Under the pieces are notes generated by a model. It was not told where the DNA came from, made no database searches, and saw nothing but the letters and a program-made list of their open reading frames with translations. From positions 111-64,110 of the forward strand of contig NW_021832979.1 of the NCBI RefSeq assembly GCF_006345805.1: a DNA stretch of 64,000 nt, in the 5' to 3' direction. Both the position numbers and the translations under genes were made by a program. Source of the DNA: Octopus sinensis (taxonomy: Eukaryota). Of this stretch, positions 1-13,437 are shown piece by piece (within the stretch, counting starts at the first letter, position 1; every line of letters begins with the position of its first letter).

Positions 1-249
1 CACCCATACACACATACGTATTTGTATGTATGGATGTATCTATGTATGTACGTATGTGTAGGCGTAAAGTTGTTACAAAATACTAGATGAAGGTTATTCT
101 AGCGTAACTTCTTTTCCAGCACGTCGACAATCAATAATAGGCGGTATGGAGAAGTAGCGAACATGATGGAAAAATACATACTTCACAAATTAACTGGGCA
201 TAAGTTCAGAAAAAGTCTGGTATAAGAAGAATTGTTAACTTCCTTTTTT

Positions 250-435
250 TATGGATAATGTGGTATTTAAATAACGTGTATCTCTTAAATAATATGTTGT
301 TTCTTAGATAATGTGAATTTTCTTAAGTAAAGAGATATTTCTTTAAGAATGGGATAATGTTTTTTATCTTTTTAGATACTGTGTTATTTCTTAAATAATG
401 TGGTAGGCCTTAGATAATGTAGTGTTTCACAGATA
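250..435. repeat. Degenerate ~20-bp minisatellite with core (A/G)ATAATGT(G)
   Basis: GATAATGT/AATAATGT/GATACTGT recurs every ~20-40 bp between ~253 and ~430. Confidence 0.6.
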
Positions 436-960
436 ATGTGGTAACATCAAGTTTGCTTGCTCTAATGCGCTAGGTAATCACTTGTAGATTAGACTTGCTT
501 CTTGTATGTTGTCTGATTACGACGAATGGTAACTAATGAAGATACTTCTGGAGCTTTGCATATCTTCACAATCCTTAGTCATTTCGAAAGCAAGAAAATT
601 TAAACCAGAAAATATATAAAGATGCAAGTAACCTCTCTTCCTGAAGACTCCTGGCCTTGGCTCAAATTTGAAACCATTATTATTAAAAAATGGTTGTGCT
701 AATATATATAAATCGATAAAATGAAGTTTTACAAATCGATAAATGAAGTATGTACAAAAGCTAGCCGAGTTCAACTTGTATCACTAATCATACTTTAAAT
801 AGCATTAGTTTAAAATACTAGGATGTATAACATTTAAAAGGTACATATAATGGCATTATCTGTAATAGTTTGTCTCAGGAACACTTCTCAAAGAAAAATC
901 CTTCTCATATATATATATATATATTATATATATATATATATATAATTAATAATAATAATA

Positions 961-1342
961 TTAGGGAATAAATCCAAACTTACAGGGAAAAATTAGATTT
1001 AGGATTAATCCAATTTTATAATATATTATATTAAATTAGAGAAAAACCACTATTAAGCAAATCAAACAGTGAAAAACATAAGCCAATACATAAAATTAAA
1101 AACATATTAAAGTTAAAAATTAAAAAATTATTTAAATAATTTAAACTTGTAAATTTTAAATATATATATATACAAATATATATATATGTATGTATATTTT
1201 TATATTTATATATTATTTTATTTAATAATTTATTTATTTATATATATATATAGATGTATTTTTAAAAAATAAATATCAAAAGTATTAAAAGTTTAATAAA
1301 AGATAAAGAGTAATATTTGCCTAATAGTGGTTTTATCTCTAT

Positions 1343-1349
<7 letters not shown>
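961..1349. mobile_element. Short (TA)n-embedded interspersed repeat pieces with a 35-bp inverted repeat
   Basis: ATATTAAATTAGAGAAAAACCACTATTAAGCAAAT (1028-1062) is the reverse complement of 1315-1349 with ~3 differences. 961-1015 is the reverse complement of ~12157-12212, and the 35-bp motif recurs at ~12102-12136. Confidence 0.5.
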
Positions 1350-1388
<39 letters not shown>

Positions 1389-1539
1389 TATATATAATAT
1401 ATCTATATATATATATATATATATATAGTGTGTAGTTTTACAGCTTAGCCAGTTTTGTACAAAAGAGTAAATGTTTTTTTTGCCGATTTCTATAGCGGAA
1501 AGGATATTTTTGAACTTAGTTCAAAATGCTCAGATTTAT

Positions 1540-1586
1540 TTATCACTGAGGGAGGCCAAACGATGTCGAAACAATACGCCTGATGA
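1540..1586 (+). ncRNA. Degenerate type I hammerhead ribozyme relic
   Basis: TTATCA-CTGAGGG-A-GGC..GTC-GAAAC-AATAC-GCC-TGATGA. Stem I (TTATCA/TGATGA) and a short stem II are present, but the core deviates at two positions (A9>G, U16.1>C). Confidence 0.3.
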
Positions 1587-1965
1587 TCTTCCGACGACGT
1601 TCTGAGTAACCTCTCTCTTCTTTAACATGCAGAGCTCTTGTAAAATTTCTGTGAGACAAAATATAACTGTTAGCCCCTGTCTACATTATGAATATTATAC
1701 ACACCATTATAGCTTGGCCATTTTGGCCAATTTCAGAATAAATTAGTGAATGTTGTATACGCTGACATCCATAGGGCAATAAAGATTACAGATTGGCTTA
1801 GAATCTATAGAAGCTTTGTCACTGTGGTGCAAAGTCAGTCTGAAACAAAAGTATTTGACCATCGGCCACTGATATCTAGAGCGAGGTGTGTGGCGGTTTA
1901 CACGGAAATTTCTTTGAGAAATTTTTCCCAGACAAAATTTTGCGATTTGCTGTTATTCCACATTT

Positions 1966-3575
1966 TGTATATACATTATACATTCCACACTTTGTATATA
2001 CATTATACATATCATACATTATACTTATCATATACATTATACATATCATATACATTATACATATACATTATATACATTATACATGTACATTATAAATATA
2101 CATATACATTATACATATACATATACATTATACATATACATTATACGTATACATTATACGTATACATTATACGTATACATTATACATTATACATATACAT
2201 GATACATTATACATTATACATATACATGATACATTATACATTATACATATACATTATATACATTATACATATACATTATATACGTTATACATATACATTA
2301 TATACATTAAACATATACATTATATACATTATACATGTACATTATAAATATACACATACATTATACATATACATTATACGTATACATTATACATTATACA
2401 TTATACATAACCATTATACATATACATTATACATATACATTATATACATTATACATATACATTATATACATTATACATATGCATTATATACATTATACAT
2501 ATACATTGTATACATTATACATATACATTATATAATATACATATACCTATGATATACATTATACATATACATTGTATACATATGAAATACATATACATTA
2601 TATACATTATACATATGCATTATTACTGATACATTCTACATAAACATTAACATTTATACATTGTATACATTATACAATATATTATATACATTATACATAT
2701 ACATTGTATACATTATACATATACATTATATACATTATACATTATACATTATACATAACCATTATACATATACATTATACATATACATTGTATACATTAT
2801 ACATATACATTATATACATTATACATATACATTGTACACATTATACATATACATTGTATACATTATACATATACATTATATACATTATACATATACATTG
2901 TATACATTATACATATGCATTATATACATTATACATATACATTGTATACATTATACATATACATTATATACATTATACATTATACATTATACATAACCAT
3001 TATACATATACATTATACATATACATTATATACATTATACATATACATTATATACATTATACATATACATTATATACATTATACATATGCATTATATACA
3101 TTATACATATACATTATATACATTATACATATGCATTATATACATTATACATATACATTGTATACATTATACATATGCATTATATACATTATACATTATA
3201 CATAAACATTATACATTATACATTATATACATTATACATATACATTATATACATTATACATATACATTATATACATTATACATATACATTATACATATAC
3301 ATTATACATGTACATTATACATATACATTATACATATACATTATACATTATACATACACATTATACATATACATTATACATATACGTTATACATTATACA
3401 TACACATTATACATATACATTATACATATACATTATACATATACATTATACATTATACATACACATTATACATATACATTATACATATACATTATACATA
3501 TACATTATACATATACATTGTACACATTATACATATACATTAAACATATCATATACATTATACTTATCATACACG
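1966..3575. repeat. ~1.6-kb minisatellite built from TATACAT/TACAT/TACATA subunits (~22-bp higher-order unit ATACATATACATTATATACATT)
   Basis: Directly visible tandem array. It explains the Y/I/H/T-rich ORFs at 1746-3616. Confidence 0.95.
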
Positions 3576-4042
3576 CGGTTATTCTAACCCAACTCTGTTC
3601 AAAGTGTATTTATTAATTTAATTTGAACTTGTCCACCTTTCACTCAAAGCAGTAGATGTTTTATATATTGATTTCGATAGCGGAGCGAATTAAGTTCAGT
3701 TTATCATTTCCCGGTATGTCCGTCATGGAGGTGACCAAATTACGTACAACCACTGTATCTAATGACCTTCCAGTGATATTTTTAAGTGGGGTCTGAGTAT
3801 TTCTACTCTTTTTCACACTCTGGTCTCTTTGAAAAATTCATTTGAAGCAAAATATTAGTTAGCACCGATTTTTTTTTTTTGTTATACACTGTAAATGTTA
3901 TACAACCTCGAAATTTCTAGCCTCGTGCCTAAATCAGAAACTTTATATTCGTATTCATATTTATGAAATGCGTACAAAGGTTTCTATGACTCAAATGTTA
4001 TTATGCGGATGTATATATATATATATATATATATAATATATG

Positions 4043-4083
<41 letters not shown>

Positions 4084-4247
4084 TGTGTCTGTGTGTGTAG
4101 TATGTATATATATAATTATCTATACTAATTTTGTGTGTATATATATTTATGTGTTAATATATATATATATATATTTATATATATATTATATATATACACA
4201 AACAATTGTGTATATTTATATTCATACACATTTTTATATATCAATGT

Positions 4248-4281
<34 letters not shown>

Positions 4282-4316
4282 TACATACATATATACATAT
4301 TCATTTCAATACATGC

Positions 4317-4347
<31 letters not shown>

Positions 4348-4744
4348 AGCATACACACATATATATATACATATAATTATATAGACACAGATGTAATACA
4401 CACACACACACACACACACATATCCACACACACAAACATCCACACAAATACTCACGCACGAAAATGTCGTTTGAAGTCTAATTTAATAATATTTAGTAGT
4501 TTTGATGAGAGCGGCGGCACAAATGTCCAGATAAACATTTCAGATACTTATTATATAATACATGAAATAATATATATTAACCACAATCTTTCATCTGCTT
4601 TTAGTGACTTGCTACACTCCTGCGTATGTTCCTCACTTTTTACCGAGTCTTGCAATTCACCAATCGCCACGCTTTGATCTCTCTCTGGTTTGTTTGGTCT
4701 TTTACAATTTCGAGCGAGCGGTTTTTCTATTATTCTTATAGTTA

Positions 4745-5325
4745 TTGGACGTAATTATGCATGTATGTGTGTGGATGTATGTGTGTGTATTGGGTGTATG
4801 TATGTATGTATGTGTGTATGTATGTGTGTGTATTGGGTGTATGTATGTATGTATGTGTGTATGTATGTGTGTATGTATGTGTGTATATGTATGTGTATGT
4901 GTCTTTGTATGTATGTGTGTAAGTATGTGTGTGTATGTATGTGTGTGTATGTTTGTGTATGTATGTATGTGTGGGCGTGTGCATGTTTGTGTGTATGTAT
5001 GTATCTATGTGTGTATGTATGAGTGTGCGTGTGTATGTATGTATGTATGTAAGTATGTATGTATGTGTGTGTAAGTAGGTGTATGTATATGTGTGCGCAT
5101 GTATGTATGTATGTGTGTATGTGTGTGTGTATGAATGTATATATGTCTGTATGCGTGTATGAATGTATGTATATGCATGTATGCATATATGTAAGTATGT
5201 ATATGTATGTGTGTGCATGCACATATGTATGTACGTATGTGTGTGTGTATGCATGGATATATGTATGTATGCATGTGTGTGCATGTGTTTGTGTGTGCCT
5301 GTTTGTACGCGTGTGTTTGTGTGCA
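4745..5325. repeat. Degenerate (TATG)n/(TG)n low-complexity tract
   Basis: Directly visible. It explains the CVYM and HTYI ORFs. Confidence 0.9.
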
Positions 5326-5921
5326 CGACAAGTTTCCAAAGTTTCCGGCTGCCAGATTCCTTCCCCCATATATCTATTGGGCCGCGGTTATGGTAGAAAA
5401 CACCTTGCCAAGGTATTATGCATTGAAACTCAACCCGAAAATCTGGTTGTTTAGTGAGCTTTATAATTACTCAGTCACCTCTGTATAAGTGGCTATACCT
5501 TTCTGAGAATAGTCACTTATATACATGTGACTGAGTCTATATAAGACGTGACTATATAGTCTTTATAGTCTATATAGATGTGATTGAGTCCATATTCCTT
5601 TCTGCGAATCGATTGCAAATCGATCAGACAAGATCTAGAAAACGACTTCGTGAATTATAGACTGAAGAAAGTGAAACAGGTTAGAGAAGAAAGGAAAAGT
5701 TTAAAATGTTAAAGCGATGCTGGAGTGAGCTGGCATTTCGTCAGAGATGACGTCGCTTAAGAAGCAACGACAGACGAAGGGGAGACAGAAGAGGCATGTA
5801 AAAATCTTGTACACCAACATTTAAAAACAATCTTCATTGACTATCGATCCTCCATCGTAGCAAATGTTGAAATAAGTGCTACCTATTCTGGGGAGTCTAC
5901 GAAAAACACCGAACTCTGAAA

Positions 5922-5955
<34 letters not shown>

Positions 5956-5991
5956 ATGTGGTTATATATACTATATGCATATGTAGATACT

Positions 5992-6043
<52 letters not shown>

Positions 6044-6044
<1 letters not shown>

Positions 6045-6292
6045 CGTTGCTATTATGGTAAACTGTCCTATGTCCAAATTTGGCCAAATGCTGTTTTCTC
6101 AATATATATCTTTGCTTACAATAGCTGATTATTTTGGTCAATCTATCGTATCTCCAGCTGCTTAAGATGTCAAGATATCAAAAATTGTCAAAGTGTAGAA
6201 CAACGGTTTTGCTATGGAAAGGTGGAACTATTTTCCCGTTTTCTGAAGAAGCAAAATTTTTGCCTAACGACACTTTTGCATAATAGCAACGA
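6044..6292. mobile_element. ~250-bp MITE-like element in (TA)n
   Basis: Perfect 14-bp terminal inverted repeats TCGTTGCTATTATG (6044-6057) / CATAATAGCAACGA (6279-6292), with imperfect extension and TA runs on both sides. Confidence 0.6.
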
Positions 6293-6317
6293 TATATATA
6301 TATATATATATATATAG

Positions 6318-6520
6318 TTAATCCAAACATGAAAACATAAAGGGAAAGCACAACAGCGCGAGGACGGGGAACAAGTATAGAGTTATTGGACGCTCAGAGA
6401 AGGAAAGAAAGAAGGAGGATTTAACGTTTTGAGCGGAGCTCTTCGTCAGAAACATAAGAAAAGCAAAGATCCAAGGAAGGGAAGACGGAGGGAAAAATCG
6501 CCAACGATACACACGCGGTC
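6318..6520 (-). mobile_element. Short PLE-derived element carrying a minimal hammerhead
   Basis: Shares TAATCCAAAC next to (TA)n, CGCTCAG and GAGCGGAGCTCTTCGTC with the element at 43345-43560. Confidence 0.6.
6419..6453 (-). ncRNA. Minimal type I hammerhead ribozyme (G12A variant)
   Basis: Minus strand reads GTTT-CTGACGA-A-GAGC-TCC-GCTC-AAAAC-GTT-AAAT. Stem III is the palindrome AACGTT. Confidence 0.55.
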
Positions 6521-6541
6521 ATGTGTGTGTATGTGTGTGTA

Positions 6542-6574
<33 letters not shown>

Positions 6575-6670
6575 TCATATAAACAAGGTTAAAATAATGT
6601 AAATGATAATATCAAATGGCCAACATGATATAAGACCTTGTGGTTAAATTATACTAAAATAATAATTATA

Positions 6671-7240
6671 TATATAAATTATAGAATTATATAAGAGAAC
6701 AGGAAAAATTTCTGCTCCAACATGTTGTTAGAATACACCAAAAAGCGTTATTTAAGAAGAGGGTTTTATAGCCTGTTAGCCACATGATATTATGAATTAG
6801 ATGATTTTATCATTGTTTATATGAATAATTAAAATATTTATGCTCCGGATCGGAACTACATTGCTTTGAGTTTGTTCCGGTTAAAAAAATATGCGGCTGA
6901 AAAGAAAGGTAAAAGTTTGACTTTATTTAGAAGCATAAGCGCGGATATTTGCAAATGATCGTACGAATTTGTTTCGTGGGGTTATGTTTAAACATTCGTA
7001 AATAGGTTTCTTTGAATATTGTGCTGGGTATGAGAAATAAGCTATTTTACTGCTTTAATCTCGAAATTGGACCAATACACAGTTGACTGTGGAGTTTTAT
7101 TTTGTATTTATCATTTGCCTTTCTACAACCCATATTTTGCAGGAACTAAAGGTGGTTTCATTACGTTTATTGACGAATTCTTACAACATGTTGGAGCAAG
7201 AGTTTTTCTTGTTCCCTTCTGTAATTATATAATTTATATA
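6671..7240. mobile_element. ~570-bp element with ~80-bp imperfect terminal inverted repeats
   Basis: Perfect 15-bp core GCTCCAACATGTTGT (6714-6728) / ACAACATGTTGGAGC (7183-7197) within longer imperfect inverted arms that end in TA runs. Confidence 0.5.
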
Positions 7241-7257
7241 TATAATTAATTTTTAGT

Positions 7258-7305
<48 letters not shown>

Positions 7306-7358
7306 CCTTCATACATGTATGTACGTATATATATATATATGTAAATATAATTTTTAGT

Positions 7359-7393
<35 letters not shown>

Positions 7394-7439
7394 CCTTTAT
7401 ATATGTATGTACGTATATATATATATGTAAATATATGCT

Positions 7440-7712
7440 ACTAGAGCCTTGGGCCGACCAAAGCCTTGTGAGAGGATTTGGTAGATGGAAACTGAAAGAA
7501 GCCCATCGTATGTTCGTATGTATATGTTTGTTTCTGTGTTTGTACCTCCAGCATCGCTTGACAACAGATGATGGTGTGTTTACGTCCATGTAACCTAGCG
7601 GATTGGCAAAAGAGACTGATAGAATAAGTACTAGTCTTAGAAAGAATAAGTCCTAGGGTCGAGTGCTCCAGAATGGCTGCATTCAAATGTCTGAAACAAG
7701 TACAAGAATAAA
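7440..7712 (+). mobile_element. CORE-type tRNA-derived SINE, 3' portion (family B)
   Basis: Matches the full-length copy at 49873-50320 (GGGCCGACCAAAGCCTTGTGAG...GGAAACTGAAAGAAGCC...AAATGTCTGAAACAAGT). Confidence 0.8.
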
Positions 7713-8421
7713 TTAATAAAATACACACACATATACATATATATGTGTGTGTGTATTTGTGTGTCTGTATATCTGTGTGTGTCAGTGTGTCTGCGTGCTT
7801 GTCTCTTTTTCCTTTCATATAATTTTATTGATAGTATTAGATTGATCTTTCATCCGAATACAACCACCACCACCACCACCAAAACCACCACCACAACAAC
7901 AACAATACCAACAGCAGCAGCAGCAACAACAAAAACAACAACACAGAAAACTATAGTTTTTACTAGTGCCATCACCAACCACCCTGGCACTAAGATCAAT
8001 TCCGCCTACAATAACAAATACTCGCAACATTACTGCCTCCATCTTTAAAGAGCTTAGTAGAAGATACTGTGAATGATTTTGTGACGTTCATTCTTTGATT
8101 GTCGAATGACATAAAAGACGAGAGTCGGGGTTTTTGATGTCTTTTGAGAGAGACGAAGGGGAATATAGAGAAGAAAAGAGTTCAAAATGAAGGAATTAAT
8201 GAAAACATATTGAAGGAAATGGAATGGTGAGATACTCCAGGCATGGCTGTTTGGTTAGGAGGCTCTCTTGGTGGTTTCCTGGTTTCGGTTCCACTCCCAG
8301 TGCCTGGCAATTTGGGTTTGTGTCTTCTACTATAACAGCACGTTGAATGATATCTTGTGAGTGGGTTTCGTTGACGAAAACTATGAGAGCACGTAGCTTA
8401 TATGCATACATACATACATTA

Positions 8422-8600
8422 TTATTATTATGGCTGCCCCCTCGTTATCGAGTATGGCCATTGCACGAAGCTTAGCTGTTACTGGTGCTGTGATCGAATG
8501 TGACTTTTTAGCCCAGCTAAAGATCTACAATGTCTTGTACAGAATTGGTAACTAAAACCTTTACCGGTAATATCCGGCTGTAGTTGTAACTGGGCTTCAT
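8422..8600 (-). mobile_element. 3' end of an RTE/BovB-like LINE
   Basis: Minus frame ends ..FSYQFCTRHCRSLAGLKSHIRSQHQ* (degenerate C2H2 knuckle as at the C-terminus of RTE-type ORFs), followed by a short 3' UTR and (TAA)n tail. Confidence 0.55.
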
Positions 8601-8978
8601 GTACCTTTGCATGTCGTTTAATTATACATACATACATACTACATACATACATACATACATACATACATACATACATACATTCATACATACATATATATAT
8701 CTTTCGTTTTTGGATTTGGTTTGCAAGATTCTTTATGTGAGTTCGTGTGTTGAAGTATATTCTGTTGTGTCTGGGGAGAATCAAGACTATTGAAATGGTT
8801 GCAACACGCAAAGAAAATTGTAGGAAATTGTAGGAAAAGAGAAATAAGTCAGTGTGTTAAATTATAAGGCACAAAAAGAAAATGACTCTCCCCAGACAAA
8901 ACAGTATATATATAGGCGCCATGATAGATCGTTAGCTACTACACACATTTTTTTCTCTCCTTGTTTTTTTCTGTGTCC

Positions 8979-9014
8979 CTTTCTGTAGAAGAGCTTAGGC
9001 TCGAAACGTAAAAG
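8979..9014 (+). ncRNA. Minimal hammerhead relic (A6U core change)
   Basis: CTTT-CTGTAGA-A-GAGC-TTAG-GCTC-GAAAC-GTA-AAAG. Stems I, II and palindromic III are intact. Downstream CTGAGCGTTATACTAATAC is shared with ~56535. Confidence 0.45.
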
Positions 9015-9855
9015 ACTTTTTCTATTCCTGAGCGTTATACTAATACATCTGTTTGTTTGTACACCACCTGCCTTCGTTTTTTGTTTATTTTCGTAAACTT
9101 TCTCTTTATATATATTTATATACATGCATACATACACATGCACACATACAAGTGACACGAGAAACTGTGTCCATTATAACCTTCGAACAGGGGAGCTCAG
9201 CCACTTCTCCTTGCTGGTGTTGCATCAACAGTTTCGGGGTAGTCTGTAGATGCAACAGGTCCGTGAGTCACAGCTAGCTAGATGCGATGGCCTCTTGGAG
9301 CTAATCAACGGCAACATTCGTCCAATTTTTCTGGACTGCCATGTTAGCTTAGCGATAACTATTAATATCCAGTACCCACTGCCGTAGTTTCCCTTAGAGA
9401 GGCTTAGAAATATTAATATTTCTAATAACGACTGTGTTCAACTAAATAGTATAAAGAGGTACTCCAGTATGGCCGCTGTCCAGTGACTGAAACATCTAAA
9501 ACATTTAAAGATAAATGATAAACGTACATATACATACAAACAGACATAAAGACATACGTACATACAAATGTATGTGTGTGTGCGAGCGCGTGTCTTCGAA
9601 ACACGCATTGGGTCGAAACAGGGGCAGCTGAAGAAGGGGAATTTTCCTTGTGTTGTATGTCTTGTACTCTGTTTTTTCGTTGTTAAATGAAAGCCCGTTT
9701 CCTTGTTTTGTTCTTATGTTTTCGTTTCTCGTTGTATTCTACGTTTATTTGTGGTGTCTTGAACCCATACATACATGTATATATACATATAGATGTATGT
9801 ATGTATGTATGTATGTATGTATGTATGTATGCATATGTTTTATTTATCAAATTGT

Positions 9856-9909
<54 letters not shown>

Positions 9910-10371
9910 GTATATATGCTTACGTGCATACATGCACATATAAAATCACGTACACACACACATACAATCACACACAGGTATATACGATAATGTAGATACA
10001 TGCTTTCATGTATGCGTGCTTGAGTATATTTGAGTGTATATGTGTGCGTATATAAGTGTATGTGTGTGTGTGCATATAAATATAATTTATATTTATAGCT
10101 TTTCTGCGAAAACACAAATAAATAAATAAATGTTGAAATATATAAATAAAATAGAGAAATAAATGAATAGAACTACATTATCGCATTTATGGCATTCTTA
10201 TAAGCTGATATTGTTTTGTATATTAATACAGGGACTGATCATATAATACGACTTTATTGAACTCCGTCATTTTGGGCACATTAAAACTCGAGATATTAAA
10301 CATTGAAATAAAATATATTTTCGGCTATCAAACGATTTTCAAAGAATTATGCGTTATCGAAAATTTGGCGA

Positions 10372-10703
10372 TAACTGGCAATCCATCGATTACAACGACG
10401 AAGGTACCAGTTGATCTGATCATCGGAACAGCCCGCTCGTGAAATTGATATTCGAGTGGCTGGGTACTCCACAGACGCGCGTAACCTTTAACGTAGTTCT
10501 CTCTGAGTTTCAGCGTCACACAGAATGTGACATGACTGGCCCGTTTGAATTACAGGTAACACACATTTTTTGCTAGCTGAATGGACTGCTAGTAACCTGA
10601 AAAGAAGTGTCTTGCTCAAGCACTCAACGTACCTCGTTGAATCGAACTCACGGACTTAGGGTCGTGAGCCAAATGCACTAATCGCTAAGCCACGCGCCTT
10701 CAC
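10372..10703 (-). mobile_element. tRNA-derived SINE (family D-like)
   Basis: Minus strand begins GTGAAGGCGCGTGGCTTAGCGATTAG...GAGTTCGATTC (A/B boxes), followed by TTGAGCAAGACACTT. Confidence 0.7.
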
Positions 10704-10796
10704 AATTTTGGTGATATTGTTAAGGAGAGTATACTTAAGATCAAAAATGGTCCATCCATGACCACCCTTTGAAAGTCATGTTATATCATATATAAA

Positions 10797-11124
10797 AGAG
10801 TAAAGATACCCCTGGTTCATGAATAAACATGGGACTGCCCCTAGAAAGTTAACCTCCGAGGCACAAGTCTGGGCAAAGATGTTTATGGAAGACCAGTAGT
10901 CGCCCATGCGTACCAGCCACTCCGCACCACGTCACCGATATTATCCAAGAGGAAGGCAGAGGTCGATACAGCTTAGCACCAATGACATCGCAATTCATTT
11001 CTTCTGGAGTAACATGAAAATAAAATGTCTTGCTCCTGAAGACAACACACAACTCGGTCCAGGATTCGAACTCACCACCTCATGATTGTAAGCCCGACAC
11101 TCTAACCACTGAGCCATGGGCCTT
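10797..11124 (-). mobile_element. tRNA-derived SINE (family D)
   Basis: Head AAGGCCCATGGCTCAGTGGTTAGAGTGTCGGGC...GAGTTCGAATCC. The body matches the copy at 33370-33713. Confidence 0.75.
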
Positions 11125-11313
11125 ATATATGGAAAGAAATTACCCAGTTGGTCTATTCATAAGATAATAGTGACTAATGCTAGGAAAATTTAACTCATAA
11201 ATCTAGGGGGTCAGCCAATCAAATATAGGGTCTTCATGGCCTCAAAACTTAGTTGGAATAACAGGTGATGTTTGTTTCTATGTATTTTTTCTTCTAATAT
11301 TTGATTATTTTAA

Positions 11314-11690
11314 GGCGATGAGCTGGCAGAAACGTTAGCAACCGGGCAAAATGCTTAGCGGTATTTCGTCTGCCCCTACGTTCTGAGTTCAAATTCCGCC
11401 GAGGTCGACACTGCCTTTCATCCTTTCGGGGTCGATTAAATAAGTACCAGTTACGCACTGGTGTAGATATACTCGGCTTAATCCGTTTGTCTGTCCTTGT
11501 TTATCCTCTCTGTGTTTAGTAAAGAAATAGGTATTTCGTCTACTGCTACATTCTGAGTTCAAATTCCGTCGAGGTCGACTTTTCCTTTCATAGATTTGGG
11601 GTCAATAAAGTAGCAGTTGCGTACTGGGAACGATCTAATTGACTGGTCCACTCCCCCAAAATTTCGAACTTTGTGTCTAGAGTAGAAAAA
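11314..11690 (+). mobile_element. tRNA-like SINE family A, dimeric form, with 15-bp target-site duplication
   Basis: Head GGCGATGAGCTGGCAGAAACGTTAGC and two B-box modules (CTGAGTTCAAATTCCG). TSD AATATTTGATTATTT at 11296-11310 and 11691-11705. Confidence 0.85.
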
Positions 11691-12067
11691 AATATTTGAT
11701 TATTTCCAAACGTTGGATTGTGTTGATTGTGGGGTATGAAATTAAAGAGATTTGCAGACAAGTAAGAGTTCGTTATTCAGATTATCAAAAAGTAATTTAC
11801 TAAGTCAGCAGTAATTGTGTCTGTGGCCATGAAGTTCCCCAAAACGGAACTAAAATTTAGGAGACAAATTGCGCAGAGGAGGGTAATCTAAATTTATGCT
11901 TTTAAAAACCCAAAGGGATTAAGGGCAGTTTGAATGATATTTGTTAAAGAAAAAATTCTACGCAAGAGAATACGTGCGTATATACGTACACACAAGGATA
12001 CATACTGCCATGCATACAAACATGAATACACACATACATGCATACATACATACATACATACATACAT

Positions 12068-12108
<41 letters not shown>

Positions 12109-12668
12109 TTAGAGACAAAACCACTATTATGCAAATCAAACAAAGAAAGACTTAATCCAATACAGTCCTAAATCTGATTTTTCCCTGTAAATTTGGATTT
12201 ATTCCCTAATATTTATATATATGTATATATATGTATATATATATGTATATATATATATATCTATATATGTATTTATGTATATATATGCATATATACATTT
12301 ATATATATGTATGTATATATATATATAAATATAATTATATAAGAGAGAAAAATAATCACTCGTAAATATAACTATATATCTTAACATTCATATATAAAAG
12401 TATAAATCTATTTCTATGTGTATACGCCATGCTTATATGAATAAAATATACCCTCACAAACGCATATTCACACACACACTCACACACATAGGCACGCGCG
12501 CTAACAGCCATAAACATATGGACACAGGGACCTGAACGGATATGTGTATATATATATATATATATATACGTACATCTATATATAGATAAATATATATATA
12601 TATATATATATGTATGAATGTATCTATATACATATATGTATATACATATATATGTGTGTTATATATAA

Positions 12669-12704
<36 letters not shown>

Positions 12705-12852
12705 CAAAAAGCAATAAAGATTCAAGTTATTTAAATGAATTTACTTGAATATGGTACCTAACTTAGATGCACCAAATAAAACTATACTGTTTTAACAATA
12801 CAGTAATGTGGGGTGATTATAAGCGAGAAAGAAGCAACAAGAATGGTTAGGT

Positions 12853-12943
12853 TTTTAGTACAATCGTTTCATACAAGGACAGGCTTTATTAAAAGTTGTA
12901 AAAATTACAGCATATAAATGTGTCCCGTACTCATCAGCTAAAA
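12853..12943 (-). ncRNA. Type I hammerhead ribozyme in the inverted pLTR
   Basis: Reverse complement of the HHR at 13438-13527, with an intact core. Confidence 0.8.
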
Positions 12944-13437
12944 TACATGTGAGTTCTCTAGACATCCTAGTGGTTAAGGCTATACTCATGAAGTAATGAA
13001 GATAATTAAGTAACATAAACATATACAGATATCCAAAGTTCATTAAAGTTCTTTAAAGATGATGTACAGTCTTATCACAGAATTTTAAAAAATTTTTTAA
13101 AATTGTGCATCTATACAAAGGATTAATTCACCCTCTCTGTAATGCTAATAAGCAGGAATTGAGACCCACCTCGTTGTGATTAACAATGGATAAATTTGTC
13201 TTCTGTGAGTATGTAATCCCTCATCATATCTCTGGAAATTCATATGTGCACTATGGATTAGGTCACCTTCTCTGGGTGCTATTAGAACTTTTTTAAAATT
13301 CTGTGATAAGACTGTACATCATCTTTAAAGAACTTTAATGAACTTTGGATATCTGTATATGTTTATGTTACTTAATTATCTTCATTACTTCATGAGTATA
13401 GCCTTAACCACTAGGATGTCTAGAGAACTCACATGTA

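Noticed and set aside
517-774. 85-aa minus-strand ORF as a gene or PLE N-terminus
   Set aside because: No recognisable motif in any frame, and no splice or start context to support it.
5715-5755. Minus-strand CTGACGA-A-ATGC..GCAT as a hammerhead
   Set aside because: The required GAAA after stem II is replaced by CGCTTT.
9590-9660. GAAAC..GAAAC..CTGAAGAAGGGG, and the related GAAAAC..CTGATGAAGGG at ~52440-52470, as type II hammerheads
   Set aside because: Core halves are present, but no stem I can be formed between the putative cleavage triplet and CUGANGA, and no GAAAC follows stem II. At best these are decayed relics.
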